36,296 nucleotides of DNA from NCBI GenBank assembly GCA_027343725.1, contig DAHWKH010000148.1, forward strand, positions 1-36,296. The letters run 5' to 3'. Position numbers and translations under genes: made by a program. The stretch's first letter is position 1. Every line of letters begins with the position of its first letter. The stretch comes from Acidiferrobacteraceae bacterium (GTDB lineage Bacteria > Pseudomonadota > Gammaproteobacteria > Acidiferrobacterales > Acidiferrobacteraceae). Shown here in pieces: positions 25,020 to 35,010 of this stretch. The notes under the pieces were generated by a model, which was not told where the DNA came from, did no database searches, and saw only the letters and a program-made list of their open reading frames with translations.

Positions 25020-25511
25020 ATGGCGCCTTTGGTCGGCATCATCATGGGGTCGCGCTCCGATTGGGAGACGATGCAGCACGCGGCCCGGATCCTGGAAGAC
25101 CTCAAGGTCCCGCACGAGACCGAGATCGTGTCCGCGCACCGCACGCCCGATCGGCTCTTCGAGTATGCGGCATCGGCCCAGGGCCGGGGGCTCGAGGTCT
25201 TGATCGCGGGCGCCGGGGGGGCGGCGCACTTGCCCGGCATGGCCGCGGCCAAGACGCTTTTGCCGGTCTTGGGGGTGCCCGTGACCTCGCGCGCCCTGAA
25301 CGGCCTCGATTCGCTGTTGTCGATCGTGCAGATGCCGGCGGGTGTGCCGGTCGCGACCTTCGCCATCGGTGAGAGCGGGGCGGTCAACGCCGCCTTGTTC
25401 GCCGCGGCCCTGCTCGCGCCCCGGCACGCCGCGATCGCCGCGGCCCTGGCGGCGTTTCGCAAGAACCAGACGGAGGCCGTGCTCGCGGCCCGTGACCCGC
25501 GCTCGCCATGA
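25020..25511 (+). CDS. purE: N5-carboxyaminoimidazole ribonucleotide mutase
   Basis: [44 protein letters not shown]. Confidence 0.97.
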   Translation: MAPLVGIIMGSRSDWETMQHAARILEDLKVPHETEIVSAHRTPDRLFEYAASAQGRGLEVLIAGAGGAAHLPGMAAAKTLLPVLGVPVTSRALNGLDSLLSIVQMPAGVPVATFAIGESGAVNAALFAAALLAPRHAAIAAALAAFRKNQTEAVLAARDPRSP

Positions 25512-26578
25512 TCGTCGGCGTGCTGGGGGCGGGCCAACTCGCGCGCATGCTGGCGCTCGCGGGGTACCCCCTGGGGGTCCGTTGCGTGTTCCTGGATCCC
25601 TCGCCGGATGCCTGTGCCGCCCCCGCCGGCACCCTGATCACGGGCGATTACGACGATGCCGAGGCGCTTGCGCGTCTTCGGGGGGCGGCGCAGGTCGTGA
25701 CCTACGAGTTCGAGAACGTCCCCCCGGCCAGCCTCGAGGGGCTCACCGACGTGCCTGTGTATCCGCCGATGGAGGCCTTGTTCGCCGCGCGCGATCGCTG
25801 GCGTGAGAAGACGCTCTTTCAGGCGCTCTCCATCCCCACGGCCCCGTGCCGCGCGATCGATGGCCGCGCCGATCTCGATGCGGCGCTTGCGGAGATCGGG
25901 CTGCCCGCGGTGTTGAAGACCCGCACGCTCGGCTATGACGGCAAGGGCCAGCGCGTCTTGCGCGCGCCATCGGATGTGGCCGCCGCCTGGCAGGCCCTCC
26001 AGGGCGCGCCCTTGATCCTCGAGGGGTTCGTGGCCTTCGACCGCGAAGTGTCGCTGATCGCGGTGCGCGCCCGGGATGGCGAGACGCGGTTTTATCCCCT
26101 GAGCGAGAACACCCACGCGGGCGGGGTGCTGCGGCAATCACTCTGCCGCCCGCACGATCCCCTGGCCGCGCGCGCGCGCGATTACGCGCGCCGCCTCCTC
26201 GAGCACTTCGATTACGTGGGCGTGCTCGCGCTCGAGCTCTTCGTGCAGGGCGATCGGCTGCTCGCGAACGAGATCGCCCCGCGCGTGCACAATTCCGGGC
26301 ATTGGACGATCGAGGGCGCCGAGACCAGTCAGTTCGAGAATCACTTGCGGGCGATCCTCGGCCTGCCGCTCGGCGCGACCGACCCCGTGGGACACGCGGG
26401 CATGGTCAATTTCGTGGGGCGGGTGCCGGATACGGCCTCGGTGCTCGCGGTGCCGGGCGCGCACCTGCACCTCTACGGCAAGACACCCCGGGCGGGGCGT
26501 AAGCTCGCGCACGCCACCGTGCGCGCGGGCGACGAGGAGGGCCTGCAGCGCGCGCTTGCGGCCCTCGCGGCCCTCTAA
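25508..26578 (+). CDS. purK: N5-carboxyaminoimidazole ribonucleotide synthase
   Basis: [58 protein letters not shown] overlap with purE. Confidence 0.97.
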   Translation: MIVGVLGAGQLARMLALAGYPLGVRCVFLDPSPDACAAPAGTLITGDYDDAEALARLRGAAQVVTYEFENVPPASLEGLTDVPVYPPMEALFAARDRWREKTLFQALSIPTAPCRAIDGRADLDAALAEIGLPAVLKTRTLGYDGKGQRVLRAPSDVAAAWQALQGAPLILEGFVAFDREVSLIAVRARDGETRFYPLSENTHAGGVLRQSLCRPHDPLAARARDYARRLLEHFDYVGVLALELFVQGDRLLANEIAPRVHNSGHWTIEGAETSQFENHLRAILGLPLGATDPVGHAGMVNFVGRVPDTASVLAVPGAHLHLYGKTPRAGRKLAHATVRAGDEEGLQRALAALAAL

Positions 26579-27102
26579 CCGAGGACCTGCTCGGTCTCCT
26601 CCCAGTCCATGTATTCCGGTGCCGGCACCTCCTGCTGGCGCATCAGGAGGTCGATCTGCCCGAGGTGGTAGGCGTGGTGGCCAAGGATCGACCAGAGAAA
26701 GCCCATGCCGGTGTAATGACGCCCCGCGAACACGAGCGCCTTCTCGAGGTCGCGGGGCGTCAAGGCGCGCAAGTGCTCCATGTTCTGGCGGTGGCGCTCC
26801 TCGTAAAGGGCGAGAAAGCTCGGCACGGTCTTGACCGCGGCCAGCGCCGGGTCGGGCTGCGGCATCGGCAGGGGCGCGCCCTCGGGGAGCCCCGGGAGCG
26901 CGCGGATCCACTGGGACTCGGCGCTTGCGAGGTGACGGGCGAGGGATGCGATCGTGATCTTCTGGACGCGCTCGCCCAGGAACAAGACCGAGGAATCCGC
27001 CGGCACCCCCTGCCATTGCGACTCATCGATCGCGCGCAGGTAGTCGAAGGTGTGCAGGACCTCTTGCCGAAAAAGCGACAGAAAGCGTTCGTGTTCGGTC
27101 AT
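26575..27102 (-). CDS. DinB-family protein
   Basis: TIASLARHLASAE and C-terminal HHAYHLGQI (His triad). GGAGG RBS. Confidence 0.85.
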   Translation of the reverse strand: MTEHERFLSLFRQEVLHTFDYLRAIDESQWQGVPADSSVLFLGERVQKITIASLARHLASAESQWIRALPGLPEGAPLPMPQPDPALAAVKTVPSFLALYEERHRQNMEHLRALTPRDLEKALVFAGRHYTGMGFLWSILGHHAYHLGQIDLLMRQQEVPAPEYMDWEETEQVLG

Positions 27103-27167
27103 GTGGCCTCCTGACTCGGGGAGGGAAGCATAAGACGCCGGGGGCCTGAACGCGTGCGCCGAAAGGT

Positions 27168-28487
27168 TCAGCGCGCGCCGTCCACGGTGCGCTTGAGATA
27201 GCGGTAGAGCGTGCGTTCACTGACCCCCAGGGCCTCGGCCATGGCGCGCCGGCGCCCGCCGCAGCGGGCCGCGAGCGCCTGGAGTTCCGCCGGTTCGGGG
27301 CTCGAGCGCCCCGCCGGGCGTTCGGGGGCGACCGTCTCGCAGGGCCCCTCGAGCGCGAGATCGGCGGCCTCGATCGTCTGCTCATGGCAGAGCGCCGCCG
27401 CGCGCTGCAGGATATTGCGCAGTTCGCGCACGTTGCCCGGGAAGTCGTAACGCGCAAGATGCGCGCGCGCGCCGTCCGTGAGGCGCGCTTGAGTGCCGTT
27501 TGCGCTGTTGATACGCATAAGCAAGGCGTCGGCGAGGAGCGGGATGTCGCTTGCGCGCTCGCGCAAGGGCGGCAGGGCGACGGGGATGCAGGCGATGCGA
27601 TAGTAGAGGTCCGCGCGGAAGCGGCCTTCGCCGATCCAGGCGCGCAGCGGGCGGTTGGTGGCGGTCACCAGCCGCACGTCGGTATGCAGGGTCTCGCGGC
27701 CCCCGACCCGGCGGAAGGTCCCGGTCTCGAGGACGCGCAGGAGCTTGGCCTGTTGCGCCAGGGGGATCTCGCCGATCTCATCGAGAAAGAGCGTGCCGCC
27801 GGTCGCGTTCTCCAAAAGCCCGGGTTTGCGGCCGGCGCAGCCGGTGAAGGCCCCGGCCTCGTGCCCGAAGAGTTCGCTCTCGAACAAGTTCTCGGGCAAG
27901 GCCGCGCAGTCCACGGCCACGAACGCGCGCCCCCGGCGCGCGCTGTGGTCGTGCACAAAGCGCGCGGCCAGTTCCTTGCCGACCCCGCTCTCACCGGTCA
28001 GCAGGACCGCGGCGTGGCTTTGCGCCGCCTGCGTCAATTGATCGATGACCTGAAGCCAGGCCGGCGCGCGCCCGATGAGCGGCATGGCCCCGCAATCCGC
28101 GCTCTCGGGCGGCGCCAGCCGCTGGATCGACTCGCCGAGATACGTGGCGCCATCCGGCAGGACCACGGGATGCCCCTGGATCCCGACGTATTCCGGGCGC
28201 CCCTGGCCGTCGAAGTGGGTGTGCACGACGCGCTGGGCCGTGCCGGTGCCGAACACCTGTTGGTGCGGGCAGTCCTCGCCGTGCAGATGGCAGGGGCTTT
28301 CGCGATGGTGCGAGACCTCGAAGCAATGCCGCCCGATCAAGTCCTCGCGGGTGATCGCGTAGGCCCGGCGGTAGGCGCGGTTCGCGGCCACGATCCGGTA
28401 ATCCCGGTCGATCACGACCGCGGGGCGGTCTTGCATGTCGATCAGGGACTGCAAGGAGCGCTCGGCAAGCGAGGTCGTCTCTGTCAT
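27168..28487 (-). CDS. PAS-domain sigma54-dependent transcriptional activator (bEBP)
   Basis: N-terminal [53 protein letters not shown], and a C-terminal Fis-type HTH. Confidence 0.93.
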   Translation of the reverse strand: MTETTSLAERSLQSLIDMQDRPAVVIDRDYRIVAANRAYRRAYAITREDLIGRHCFEVSHHRESPCHLHGEDCPHQQVFGTGTAQRVVHTHFDGQGRPEYVGIQGHPVVLPDGATYLGESIQRLAPPESADCGAMPLIGRAPAWLQVIDQLTQAAQSHAAVLLTGESGVGKELAARFVHDHSARRGRAFVAVDCAALPENLFESELFGHEAGAFTGCAGRKPGLLENATGGTLFLDEIGEIPLAQQAKLLRVLETGTFRRVGGRETLHTDVRLVTATNRPLRAWIGEGRFRADLYYRIACIPVALPPLRERASDIPLLADALLMRINSANGTQARLTDGARAHLARYDFPGNVRELRNILQRAAALCHEQTIEAADLALEGPCETVAPERPAGRSSPEPAELQALAARCGGRRRAMAEALGVSERTLYRYLKRTVDGAR

Positions 28488-28522
28488 GCTGTCATGACAC
28501 CACTAGCGCGTTTGTCATGTCA
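28482..28522. promoter_or_regulatory. Cluster of TGTCA/TGACA motifs, putative UAS for the divergent bEBP
   Basis: TGTCA at 28482, 28490, 28513 and 28518; TGACA at 28495; palindrome TGTCATGACA at 28490-28499. Confidence 0.55.
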
Positions 28523-28570
28523 AGGCCGGTTTTTCCGGGCGAGGACCGCGTCGCGACGCGCCCCGCGGTC

Positions 28571-28585
28571 CGGCACGGGTCTTGC
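28571..28585 (+). promoter_or_regulatory. Sigma54 (-24/-12) promoter of the dsrE-tusA-sqr operon
   Basis: CGGCACGGGTCTTGC closely matches TGGCACG-N4-TTGC, with GG at 28572-73 and GC at 28584-85. Confidence 0.8.
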
Positions 28586-28633
28586 CTACTCTCCTCCCTC
28601 AAGGGGCGCATGCCCGTAGGCTCAGAGGCCATC

Positions 28634-29023
28634 ATGTCCGATCGTTTGGCTATCATTATGACATCCGGGACCCGCGAAAAGCTGCAGATGGCGGCCATGA
28701 CCGCGGCGGTCGCCGCGGCCGGCGGCAGCGAGGTCCTGGTGTTCGTGTCCATGAACGCCCTTTTGGCCTTTCGCCGGGACCAGGCCCCCGAGGCGCCCCC
28801 CGAGGGCGAGGTGGGGCGGCTCCTTGCGAGCAAGGGCGCCCCGCGCCCCACCGATCTCTTTCGCCAGGCGGTGGAACTGGGGTCGGTGAAGGTGTTCCCG
28901 TGTTCGATGGCGATGGACGTCCTGGCGCTCGCCCCGGAGGCGTTGCTCGATTATCTCGACAAGCCGACCGGGCTCACGAAGTTTTTGAGCGAGTTGGGCG
29001 CCTACCCGACACTCACGTTCTGA
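28634..29023 (+). CDS. DsrE/DsrF/DrsH-like sulfur carrier protein
   Basis: LAII.TSGT.EK...A...A..AAA.G.EV.VF and conserved Cys in KVFPCSMAMD. Confidence 0.85.
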   Translation: MSDRLAIIMTSGTREKLQMAAMTAAVAAAGGSEVLVFVSMNALLAFRRDQAPEAPPEGEVGRLLASKGAPRPTDLFRQAVELGSVKVFPCSMAMDVLALAPEALLDYLDKPTGLTKFLSELGAYPTLTF

Positions 29024-29034
29024 TGCGAGGGGTT

Positions 29035-29265
29035 ATGAGCGATACCAAGATCGTTGATGCGCGCGGGAGCTTCTGTCCGGGTCCCCTGATGGAATTGATC
29101 GCGGCCCTGAAAGACATCTCGGTCGGCGACGAACTCGAGGTGTTGTCGACCGACCAGGGCTCGGCCGCCGACATCCCGGAATGGGTGGCGAAGGTCGGGC
29201 ACACGCTCACCGCGAATTTCGAGGATCAGGGCGTCTACCACCTGCGCATCCGCAAAGCCAAATAA
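29035..29265 (+). CDS. tusA: TusA-family sulfurtransferase
   Basis: 76 aa; VDARGSFCPGP (CPxP), GDELEVLSTD.GS..DIP.W. Confidence 0.92.
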   Translation: MSDTKIVDARGSFCPGPLMELIAALKDISVGDELEVLSTDQGSAADIPEWVAKVGHTLTANFEDQGVYHLRIRKAK

Positions 29266-29281
29266 AACGGAAGGAGGGGTC

Positions 29282-30418
29282 ATGAAACGCATCGTTATCG
29301 TGGGCGGGGGCACGGGCGGCACCATCCTCGCCAATAACCTCGCGCGGCGCTTGGAGCGCGAGCTCGAGGCCGGGCGTGTCGGCATCACCGTGCTCTCGGC
29401 GAGCGCGCAGCACATGTACCAGCCGGGGCTTTTGTACGTCGCCTTTGCGCGCATGGCGCCGGCGGAGCTCTCCGTCGATGAGGCCTCGCTGCTCAGGCCC
29501 GGCATCGACTTCGCCGTCGACCCGGTGACGGCCTTCGATCTCGATCACAAGGAGGTCAAGACCCAGTCCGGCAAGACCCACGGTTACGATTACCTGGTGA
29601 TCGCGACCGGCTCGCGCGCCCTCCCGGAGAACGTGCCGGGCCTCAAGGAGAGCGCCCACCACGTCTACACCGAGGAGGCGGCGCTCAAGACCTGTGCGGC
29701 CCTCAAGGCCTTCGAAGGCGGACGCATCGCGGTGGTGACCGGTGTGCCGCACAAGTGCCCGATGGTGCCGCTCGAGATCACCTTCATGATGTATGAGTAT
29801 TTTCGTGACCGGGGCCTGCTCGACAAGGTGTCGTTCACCTACACCTATCCGATCGGGCGCGTGCACTCGCTCGAGAACGTCGCCAAGTGGGCGGTGGGGG
29901 AGTTCGCGCGCCTCGGGATCCACTACGAGACGCTTTTCAACGTCAAGGAGGTCGACGGCGCGAAGCGTCAGGTCAAGAGCGAGGAGGGGGGCACGCTCGA
30001 TTACGATCTCCTGATCGCGGTGCCCCCGCACAAGGGCATGGAGGTGGTCGAGACCAACGGCCTCGGGGGCTCGGGGTGGATCCCGACCCATCGCACGACG
30101 CTTGCGATGGAGGGGCGCGAGGACGTATTCGTGCTCGGCGACACCACCAATCTGCCGATCAGCAAGGCCGGCTCGACCGCGCACTACGAGGCCGAGGTCC
30201 TCGGCGAGAACCTCGCGAACCTCGTCACGCGCGGACTCGCCTTGCGCGCTTACGAGGGCAAGGTCTTTTGCTTCATCGAGGCGGGCAAGGACCGCGCCAC
30301 CTACGCCTCCTTCGACTATCAGCACCCGCCTGAGCCGCAGCCGCCGACGCGCGCCATCCATTGGTTCAAGCTCGCGTATAACCGGCTTTACTGGAACAGC
30401 GTCCGGGGACTTCTGTAA
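29282..30418 (+). CDS. sqr: Sulfide:quinone oxidoreductase-like flavoprotein (short, type III-like)
   Basis: GGGTGG FAD motif, YQPG, YDYLVIATG, two redox Cys (HKCPMVPLE and VFCFIEAG), FVLGD.T.LP.SKAGS. Confidence 0.8.
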   Translation: MKRIVIVGGGTGGTILANNLARRLERELEAGRVGITVLSASAQHMYQPGLLYVAFARMAPAELSVDEASLLRPGIDFAVDPVTAFDLDHKEVKTQSGKTHGYDYLVIATGSRALPENVPGLKESAHHVYTEEAALKTCAALKAFEGGRIAVVTGVPHKCPMVPLEITFMMYEYFRDRGLLDKVSFTYTYPIGRVHSLENVAKWAVGEFARLGIHYETLFNVKEVDGAKRQVKSEEGGTLDYDLLIAVPPHKGMEVVETNGLGGSGWIPTHRTTLAMEGREDVFVLGDTTNLPISKAGSTAHYEAEVLGENLANLVTRGLALRAYEGKVFCFIEAGKDRATYASFDYQHPPEPQPPTRAIHWFKLAYNRLYWNSVRGLL

Positions 30419-30427
30419 GGAGGCGGT

Positions 30428-31006
30428 ATGGCCGTCGAAAAACCCGAAGAGAACAAAGCCGTGGACAACGGCGTGGACGGGCTGGTCGCAGCCGGCTTTG
30501 CGACGCTCACGGACGATATGGTGGGGCGTTTGAGCGAGACCGCGAGTGAGGCGCTCACGGTGCTCGATGGCGTAAAGCGCGCGCGCCTGGCCGAGGCGTT
30601 ACCGGTGCTCGAGGCCCTGGTCTCGTCCGGCGATCTCGCGAGACTCGCGCACATGGCACGCCTCCTGGGCGCGGCCGAGGACGCCCTCACAGACGACCTC
30701 GTGACGCGGCTTGCGGCGCTCGGCAGCGCCGCCATGACCTGGCTCGATCGCCTGCAAACCGTGGACGTGGAGCGCCTCCTGGGCGCCCTCCCGGGTCTGC
30801 TGGCGGTTGTCGAGGCGGCGCAGGCCGAGGGTCTCGTCGATGACGCCGTGCGCGCGATGCGCACGCTGCGCGCCCGCATGCAGGCTGTACCCCCGCCGGC
30901 CGGCGGGCTCGCGGGCCTCTGGGCGCTCGCGCGCGACCGCGACAATCAGCGCGTCATGCAGGCGCTTTTGATCGCGGCCCGGACCGTCTTCGACACGCGG
31001 GCTTAG
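30428..31006 (+). CDS. DUF1641-like protein (SQR-associated)
   Basis: Internal repeats LTDDMVGRL and LTDDLVTRL, C-terminal GGLAGLWALARD.D.QR. AAGGAGG RBS directly after sqr. Confidence 0.7.
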   Translation: MAVEKPEENKAVDNGVDGLVAAGFATLTDDMVGRLSETASEALTVLDGVKRARLAEALPVLEALVSSGDLARLAHMARLLGAAEDALTDDLVTRLAALGSAAMTWLDRLQTVDVERLLGALPGLLAVVEAAQAEGLVDDAVRAMRTLRARMQAVPPPAGGLAGLWALARDRDNQRVMQALLIAARTVFDTRA

Positions 31007-31611
31007 GCGCGCGCGGGACGGACGCGCAAGCGCCCGTACATGTGAAAGGCGCTCGCATGCCCGGGCACCGGGCAGAGGTAGTAGTAGGTGCCGGGCCGCC
31101 GGGGGGCCGTGAAGCGCTCTTGACTCATCGCGTAATGCGCCTTACGAAGCGCCGCCCGCGAGCGCGGCCCGAGGATCGGCGTGCGCACGACGGGGGACAT
31201 GTCGCGCGGCTGTACCGGATACGGGGGCTTTTTGCGCGTCACGACGACGCCGTGCTCCATGCCGGCCCCGTAATCCATGTTGAGGAATGTGAGGGTGACG
31301 CGGCTGCCGGCGTCGACCGCGATCGTCGGGTCGGTGCGGCCCGCGATCTCGAAACTCATGTCCGGGTGATGCGGGGCGTTGGCGACGATGGTGATCCGGG
31401 GGGCGTGTCCCGGGAAGCGCACGACGTGATGCCGGACCACGCCTTCGTGTCGCGAGGTCGCGAGGATCCGATCGGCCTGTCTCCAGGCGAGGGGCCGGTG
31501 TGTGGGCGCGGCGGGTGCGGCCATGGTCATGCCGGCCATGTCCGCGCAGGCCGCGGGGGCGGCGATGGCCAGGGTCAAGGCGGCGGCACAGAGGGATCGG
31601 ATCGGTGTCAT
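31003..31611 (-). CDS. Rusticyanin-like blue copper protein
   Basis: Signal peptide, SFEIAGRTDPTI...G..VTLTFLN, H ligand (GMEHG), KKPPY, GTYYYLCPVPGHASAFHMYG (C/H/M type-1 Cu ligands). GGAG RBS. Confidence 0.88.
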   Translation of the reverse strand: MTPIRSLCAAALTLAIAAPAACADMAGMTMAAPAAPTHRPLAWRQADRILATSRHEGVVRHHVVRFPGHAPRITIVANAPHHPDMSFEIAGRTDPTIAVDAGSRVTLTFLNMDYGAGMEHGVVVTRKKPPYPVQPRDMSPVVRTPILGPRSRAALRKAHYAMSQERFTAPRRPGTYYYLCPVPGHASAFHMYGRLRVRPARA

Positions 31612-31661
31612 GCGGGCTCCGGGGTCAGAAGGCCTCATCATAAAAACCGCGCGCGCGATGG

Positions 31662-32468
31662 TCAACGCGCGCCCAGATCGTAGCACGCGAAGGTCTGCGT
31701 GAAGGGCCCCTCGGTATCGAGTGTGAGATGGCGCAGGACGGCGTCCACCGGCGGTTTGAGGAGGGGGCCGCGCACCAGGGTCTCGATGTCGGGGGGCTCG
31801 CCCCCCAAAACCCGCGCGGCGGTCGTCATGTACAGCCGGTGCACGGCGTGATCGGCGAGCAGTGCATGAAAGAGTCGTGGGCCGCCGACCATGTAGGCGC
31901 GCGTCAGTCCGCGCGCGGCGAGGACCGAGAGCAGGTCCTGCCCCGTGATCGGCGCATGCCCCAGCACCAGGAGCTCGACGCCGGATGCGCGCGCTACGCG
32001 TTCCGTCACCGGATCGGACAGGCCGGTCACGGCGAGCACCGCGCCCGGATGGGCCGCCTTCAGGGCCGCGGCCGGCAGATCGAGGCGCGAGCCGACCACG
32101 ACGCAGGCCGGGTGGGGCGTCAGCCCCTGGGCACGGCGATAGCCGCGCAGATCGGGATAGCGCTCGTGGGCGAGCGTCACCATGTCGCTTTGCACACCGC
32201 GGGCGATCGCCGCGGCATGGCGTCCGGTGGTGAGGACCGCGTCCGCCTGCATCAAAAGCTCGGTATAGAGCCGCCAATCCCGATCGTTGGCGATCGCCGG
32301 GGGGACCGTGGTGAGCCCTTCTTCCCCGCGCACCGCGATGCGCCCATCGAGGCTTGTGAGGAAATTGGCGTACACGAAGGGAGATCGCGTCGGTTCGGGA
32401 ATCTCCCCGAGATAGAGCCCCGCGAGCGGTCGTTCGTGTAAAGGCCCGGGATGGACGCGCACAACCAT
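31662..32468 (-). CDS. RibD C-terminal-domain (pyrimidine reductase/DHFR-fold) protein
   Basis: PFVYANFLTSLDGRIA, ADAVLT, VGGPRLF..LL....V.RLYMT. Confidence 0.8.
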   Translation of the reverse strand: MVVRVHPGPLHERPLAGLYLGEIPEPTRSPFVYANFLTSLDGRIAVRGEEGLTTVPPAIANDRDWRLYTELLMQADAVLTTGRHAAAIARGVQSDMVTLAHERYPDLRGYRRAQGLTPHPACVVVGSRLDLPAAALKAAHPGAVLAVTGLSDPVTERVARASGVELLVLGHAPITGQDLLSVLAARGLTRAYMVGGPRLFHALLADHAVHRLYMTTAARVLGGEPPDIETLVRGPLLKPPVDAVLRHLTLDTEGPFTQTFACYDLGAR

Positions 32469-32508
32469 GATTCGACCGTAAGGCCAAAGATGGCTTGCGG
32501 CTTCGGCC

Positions 32509-34887
32509 TTAAGTCTGAAGACGCAACAGCTCGGCGACGGCCGCCGCCGCCAGGGGCTTGCCCACGAGGTAGCCTTGGGCGAGGTCGCAGCGCTGGCGGC
32601 GCAGAAATTCGAGCTGCGCGCGTGTCTCCACGCCCTCGGCGATCACCTCCAGTCCGAGTTCGTGACCGAGTGTGATGATGGCGCTCGGGATCGCGCCCGC
32701 GTCCCCGGCGCGGTCGAGATCGGCGATGAAGGACTGGTCGATCTTCAAGGCGTTCAAGGGGAAGCGCTTCAGATAACTGAGCGAGGAATAGCCGGTCCCG
32801 AAATCATCGACCGCGAGCCGCACGCCCATCTCGCTCAAGGCCTCGAGCATGTCGATCGCCCCCTGGGCGTTTTCCATCAACACCGACTCCGTCAGTTCGA
32901 GCTCCAAAAGCCCCTCGCTCTCCGGGCAACGCGCGAGGATATCGGTGAGCGCCGCCAGGAGCCCGCGATGCCGGAACTGGCGCCCGGAGACGTTCACCGA
33001 CATGCGCAGGACCCCTAAGCCGCTTGCGCGCCAGGCGTTCATTTGCGCGATCGCCGTCTGCAGGGCCCATTCCCCGACCGGCACGATCAGGCCGGTTTCC
33101 TCCATGAGGGGGATGAAGCCCGCGGGGTTCACGAGGATCTCGTCCGTCTGTTGCCAGCGCATGAGGGCCTCCACCGCCACGATCCGCCGGCGCGCGATGT
33201 CCTCCTGCGGTTGATAGAAGAGGCGCAGTTCCTCGCGCTCGAGCGCGCGTCGCAGGCGGCCCTCGAGCGTCAGGCGTTCGAGGGCCTTGGCGTTCATGTC
33301 GGCGGTGTAGAACTCGTGGGTGTTTCCGCCGCGGCCCTTGGCGCGATCGAGCGCGCTCCCGGCGTTTTTGATGAGGGTCTCGGAATCACGGCCGTCGCTC
33401 GGGGCGACACTCACGCCGATGCTGGCGGTGAGGACGAACTCGTGGCCGCCGATCATGAAGGGCTCCGCCACGAGCGCCGCCAGGTGGTCGGCGAAGACAC
33501 TCGCGTCCTGCGCGTTCTGCACGTGTTCGAGCAGCGCCCCGAATTCATCGCCGCCCAGGCGCGCGATGAACGCCGTCTGTCCGAGGACCGCGCGCAGGCG
33601 CTGCGCGAACTCCTGGACGATGCGGTCGCCCATGAGCGGGCCGAAGGTGTCGTTCACGCGCTGAAAGCGATCGAGGTCAAAGAGGAGGATCGCGAAGGCG
33701 TCGGCGCCCACGCGCGCGCCGGCGCGATCGATGTGCTCGGCGAACAACACGCGCGCGGGCAATCCCGTGAGGGGGTCATGGTGGGCGAGATAGCGGATGC
33801 GTTCCTCGCTCGCCAGGTGTTCGGTGATGTCCTTGCCGGTCGATACGAAGTAGGTGATGGCGCCGGAGTCATCGCGCAACGGCGTGATCGTCGCCTGCTC
33901 GTAATAGAGCGCCCCATCCCTGCGGCGATTGACGAACACCTCGCGGTAGACGTGGCCCTGGCGGACCCGGCGCCACAAGGCATCGTAAAAGGCGCGCGAA
34001 TGCCGTCCCGAGCGCAGGATGCGCGGCGTCTGTCCGAGGGCCTCTTCGCGCCTGTAGCCGGTGACGGCCTCGAAGGTCTTGTTGACGTAACGGATGACCC
34101 CGCGGGTGTCGGTGATGAACACCGAGTCCCCGGATTGCTCGATGGCGGTCGAGAAGCGCCGCAGCTCCTGTTCGGTGCGCCGGCGCTCGGCGATTTCGGC
34201 CGAGAGCTCGGCCGCGCGGCGTGCGTGCAGGTACGAGAGTCTGCGGATGTGCGCGCGCCAACGCTCGCGCTCGAGGGCGCTGGTGATGCCGTGGCCGGCG
34301 GCGAGAAGCGCTGTGCGGATCGGGGGGGAGAGGGCATCGATGCCGGCGCTGAGATCGATGAAGCCGATGATGCGGCCGCCGTCGAGCAAGGACAGCACCA
34401 TGCGGTGGTCCTGGGGCGCAAGCGGCAGCGGCGTGAGCCGGCGCGGGCTCAGGCGCGGCCGCCCGAGGCGGCAGGGGTCGATCAGGGTCATCGGGGGATC
34501 GGCGCGCGGCGCCGTGCGGTATTCCTCGTAGAGCACGACGCGCGCGGCGTGCACCCCGGGAAAGCGCAGGAGCGCGCGTTGCGCGCGCGCGGCGACCGCC
34601 TTTTGGCCGTCGACCGCGAGCAGGTCGGTCATGAGCGCGGGCAGCGCCTTCAGGAGTGCCTGCGCCCGGTGTTTGCGGTCGAGGCGCATCGTGCGCGGCA
34701 CGGGCTTTAGGGGGCGACCCTGGGCCCGCCTGCGCGGGACGAGCCACAGCGCGGCCTCCCGATGGATCCCGTTCGGCGAGACCTGGGTGCGGATCACGCG
34801 CGCCCCGTCCGCGCGCAGCCACGGGGCGAGTTTACGCCCGCAATCGCCGGGGTCCATGAGTACGACGAGGTGAGCGGTATCGTCCAT
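32509..34887 (-). CDS. PAS-GGDEF-EAL c-di-GMP enzyme
   Basis: PAS/PAC (ITD..G.I.YVN..F...TGY..EEALGQTPRIL), RLGGDEF, VEALMRW, DDFGTGYSSL, KIDQSF, EGVET. GGGAGG RBS before ATG 34887. Confidence 0.93.
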   Translation of the reverse strand: MDDTAHLVVLMDPGDCGRKLAPWLRADGARVIRTQVSPNGIHREAALWLVPRRRAQGRPLKPVPRTMRLDRKHRAQALLKALPALMTDLLAVDGQKAVAARAQRALLRFPGVHAARVVLYEEYRTAPRADPPMTLIDPCRLGRPRLSPRRLTPLPLAPQDHRMVLSLLDGGRIIGFIDLSAGIDALSPPIRTALLAAGHGITSALERERWRAHIRRLSYLHARRAAELSAEIAERRRTEQELRRFSTAIEQSGDSVFITDTRGVIRYVNKTFEAVTGYRREEALGQTPRILRSGRHSRAFYDALWRRVRQGHVYREVFVNRRRDGALYYEQATITPLRDDSGAITYFVSTGKDITEHLASEERIRYLAHHDPLTGLPARVLFAEHIDRAGARVGADAFAILLFDLDRFQRVNDTFGPLMGDRIVQEFAQRLRAVLGQTAFIARLGGDEFGALLEHVQNAQDASVFADHLAALVAEPFMIGGHEFVLTASIGVSVAPSDGRDSETLIKNAGSALDRAKGRGGNTHEFYTADMNAKALERLTLEGRLRRALEREELRLFYQPQEDIARRRIVAVEALMRWQQTDEILVNPAGFIPLMEETGLIVPVGEWALQTAIAQMNAWRASGLGVLRMSVNVSGRQFRHRGLLAALTDILARCPESEGLLELELTESVLMENAQGAIDMLEALSEMGVRLAVDDFGTGYSSLSYLKRFPLNALKIDQSFIADLDRAGDAGAIPSAIITLGHELGLEVIAEGVETRAQLEFLRRQRCDLAQGYLVGKPLAAAAVAELLRLQT

Positions 34888-34938
34888 TGGCCCTCCCGCG
34901 AGTGTACGGGCGGGCCGGGTCTGGGACATCGCACCATG

Positions 34939-34969
34939 CGCCGGGGGCGCGAACAGGTCGCCCCCGGCG
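34939..34969. other. 11-bp perfect intergenic hairpin
   Basis: CGCCGGGGGCG (34939-49) and CGCCCCCGGCG (34959-69), with no U-tract. Confidence 0.45.
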
Positions 34970-35010
34970 TTCGGGCCCTCCCTGGCGCCGCTCGCGCGCG
35001 CCGGCGGGCC

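Noticed and set aside
31612-32487. 494-aa ORF suggesting a long N-terminal fusion to the rusticyanin-like domain
   Set aside because: The extension is an off-frame read of the RibD-like gene. The signal peptide and RBS place the true start at 31611.
34939-34969. Hairpin as intrinsic terminator of the GH15 gene
   Set aside because: No U-tract on the coding strand; kept only as an unexplained hairpin.
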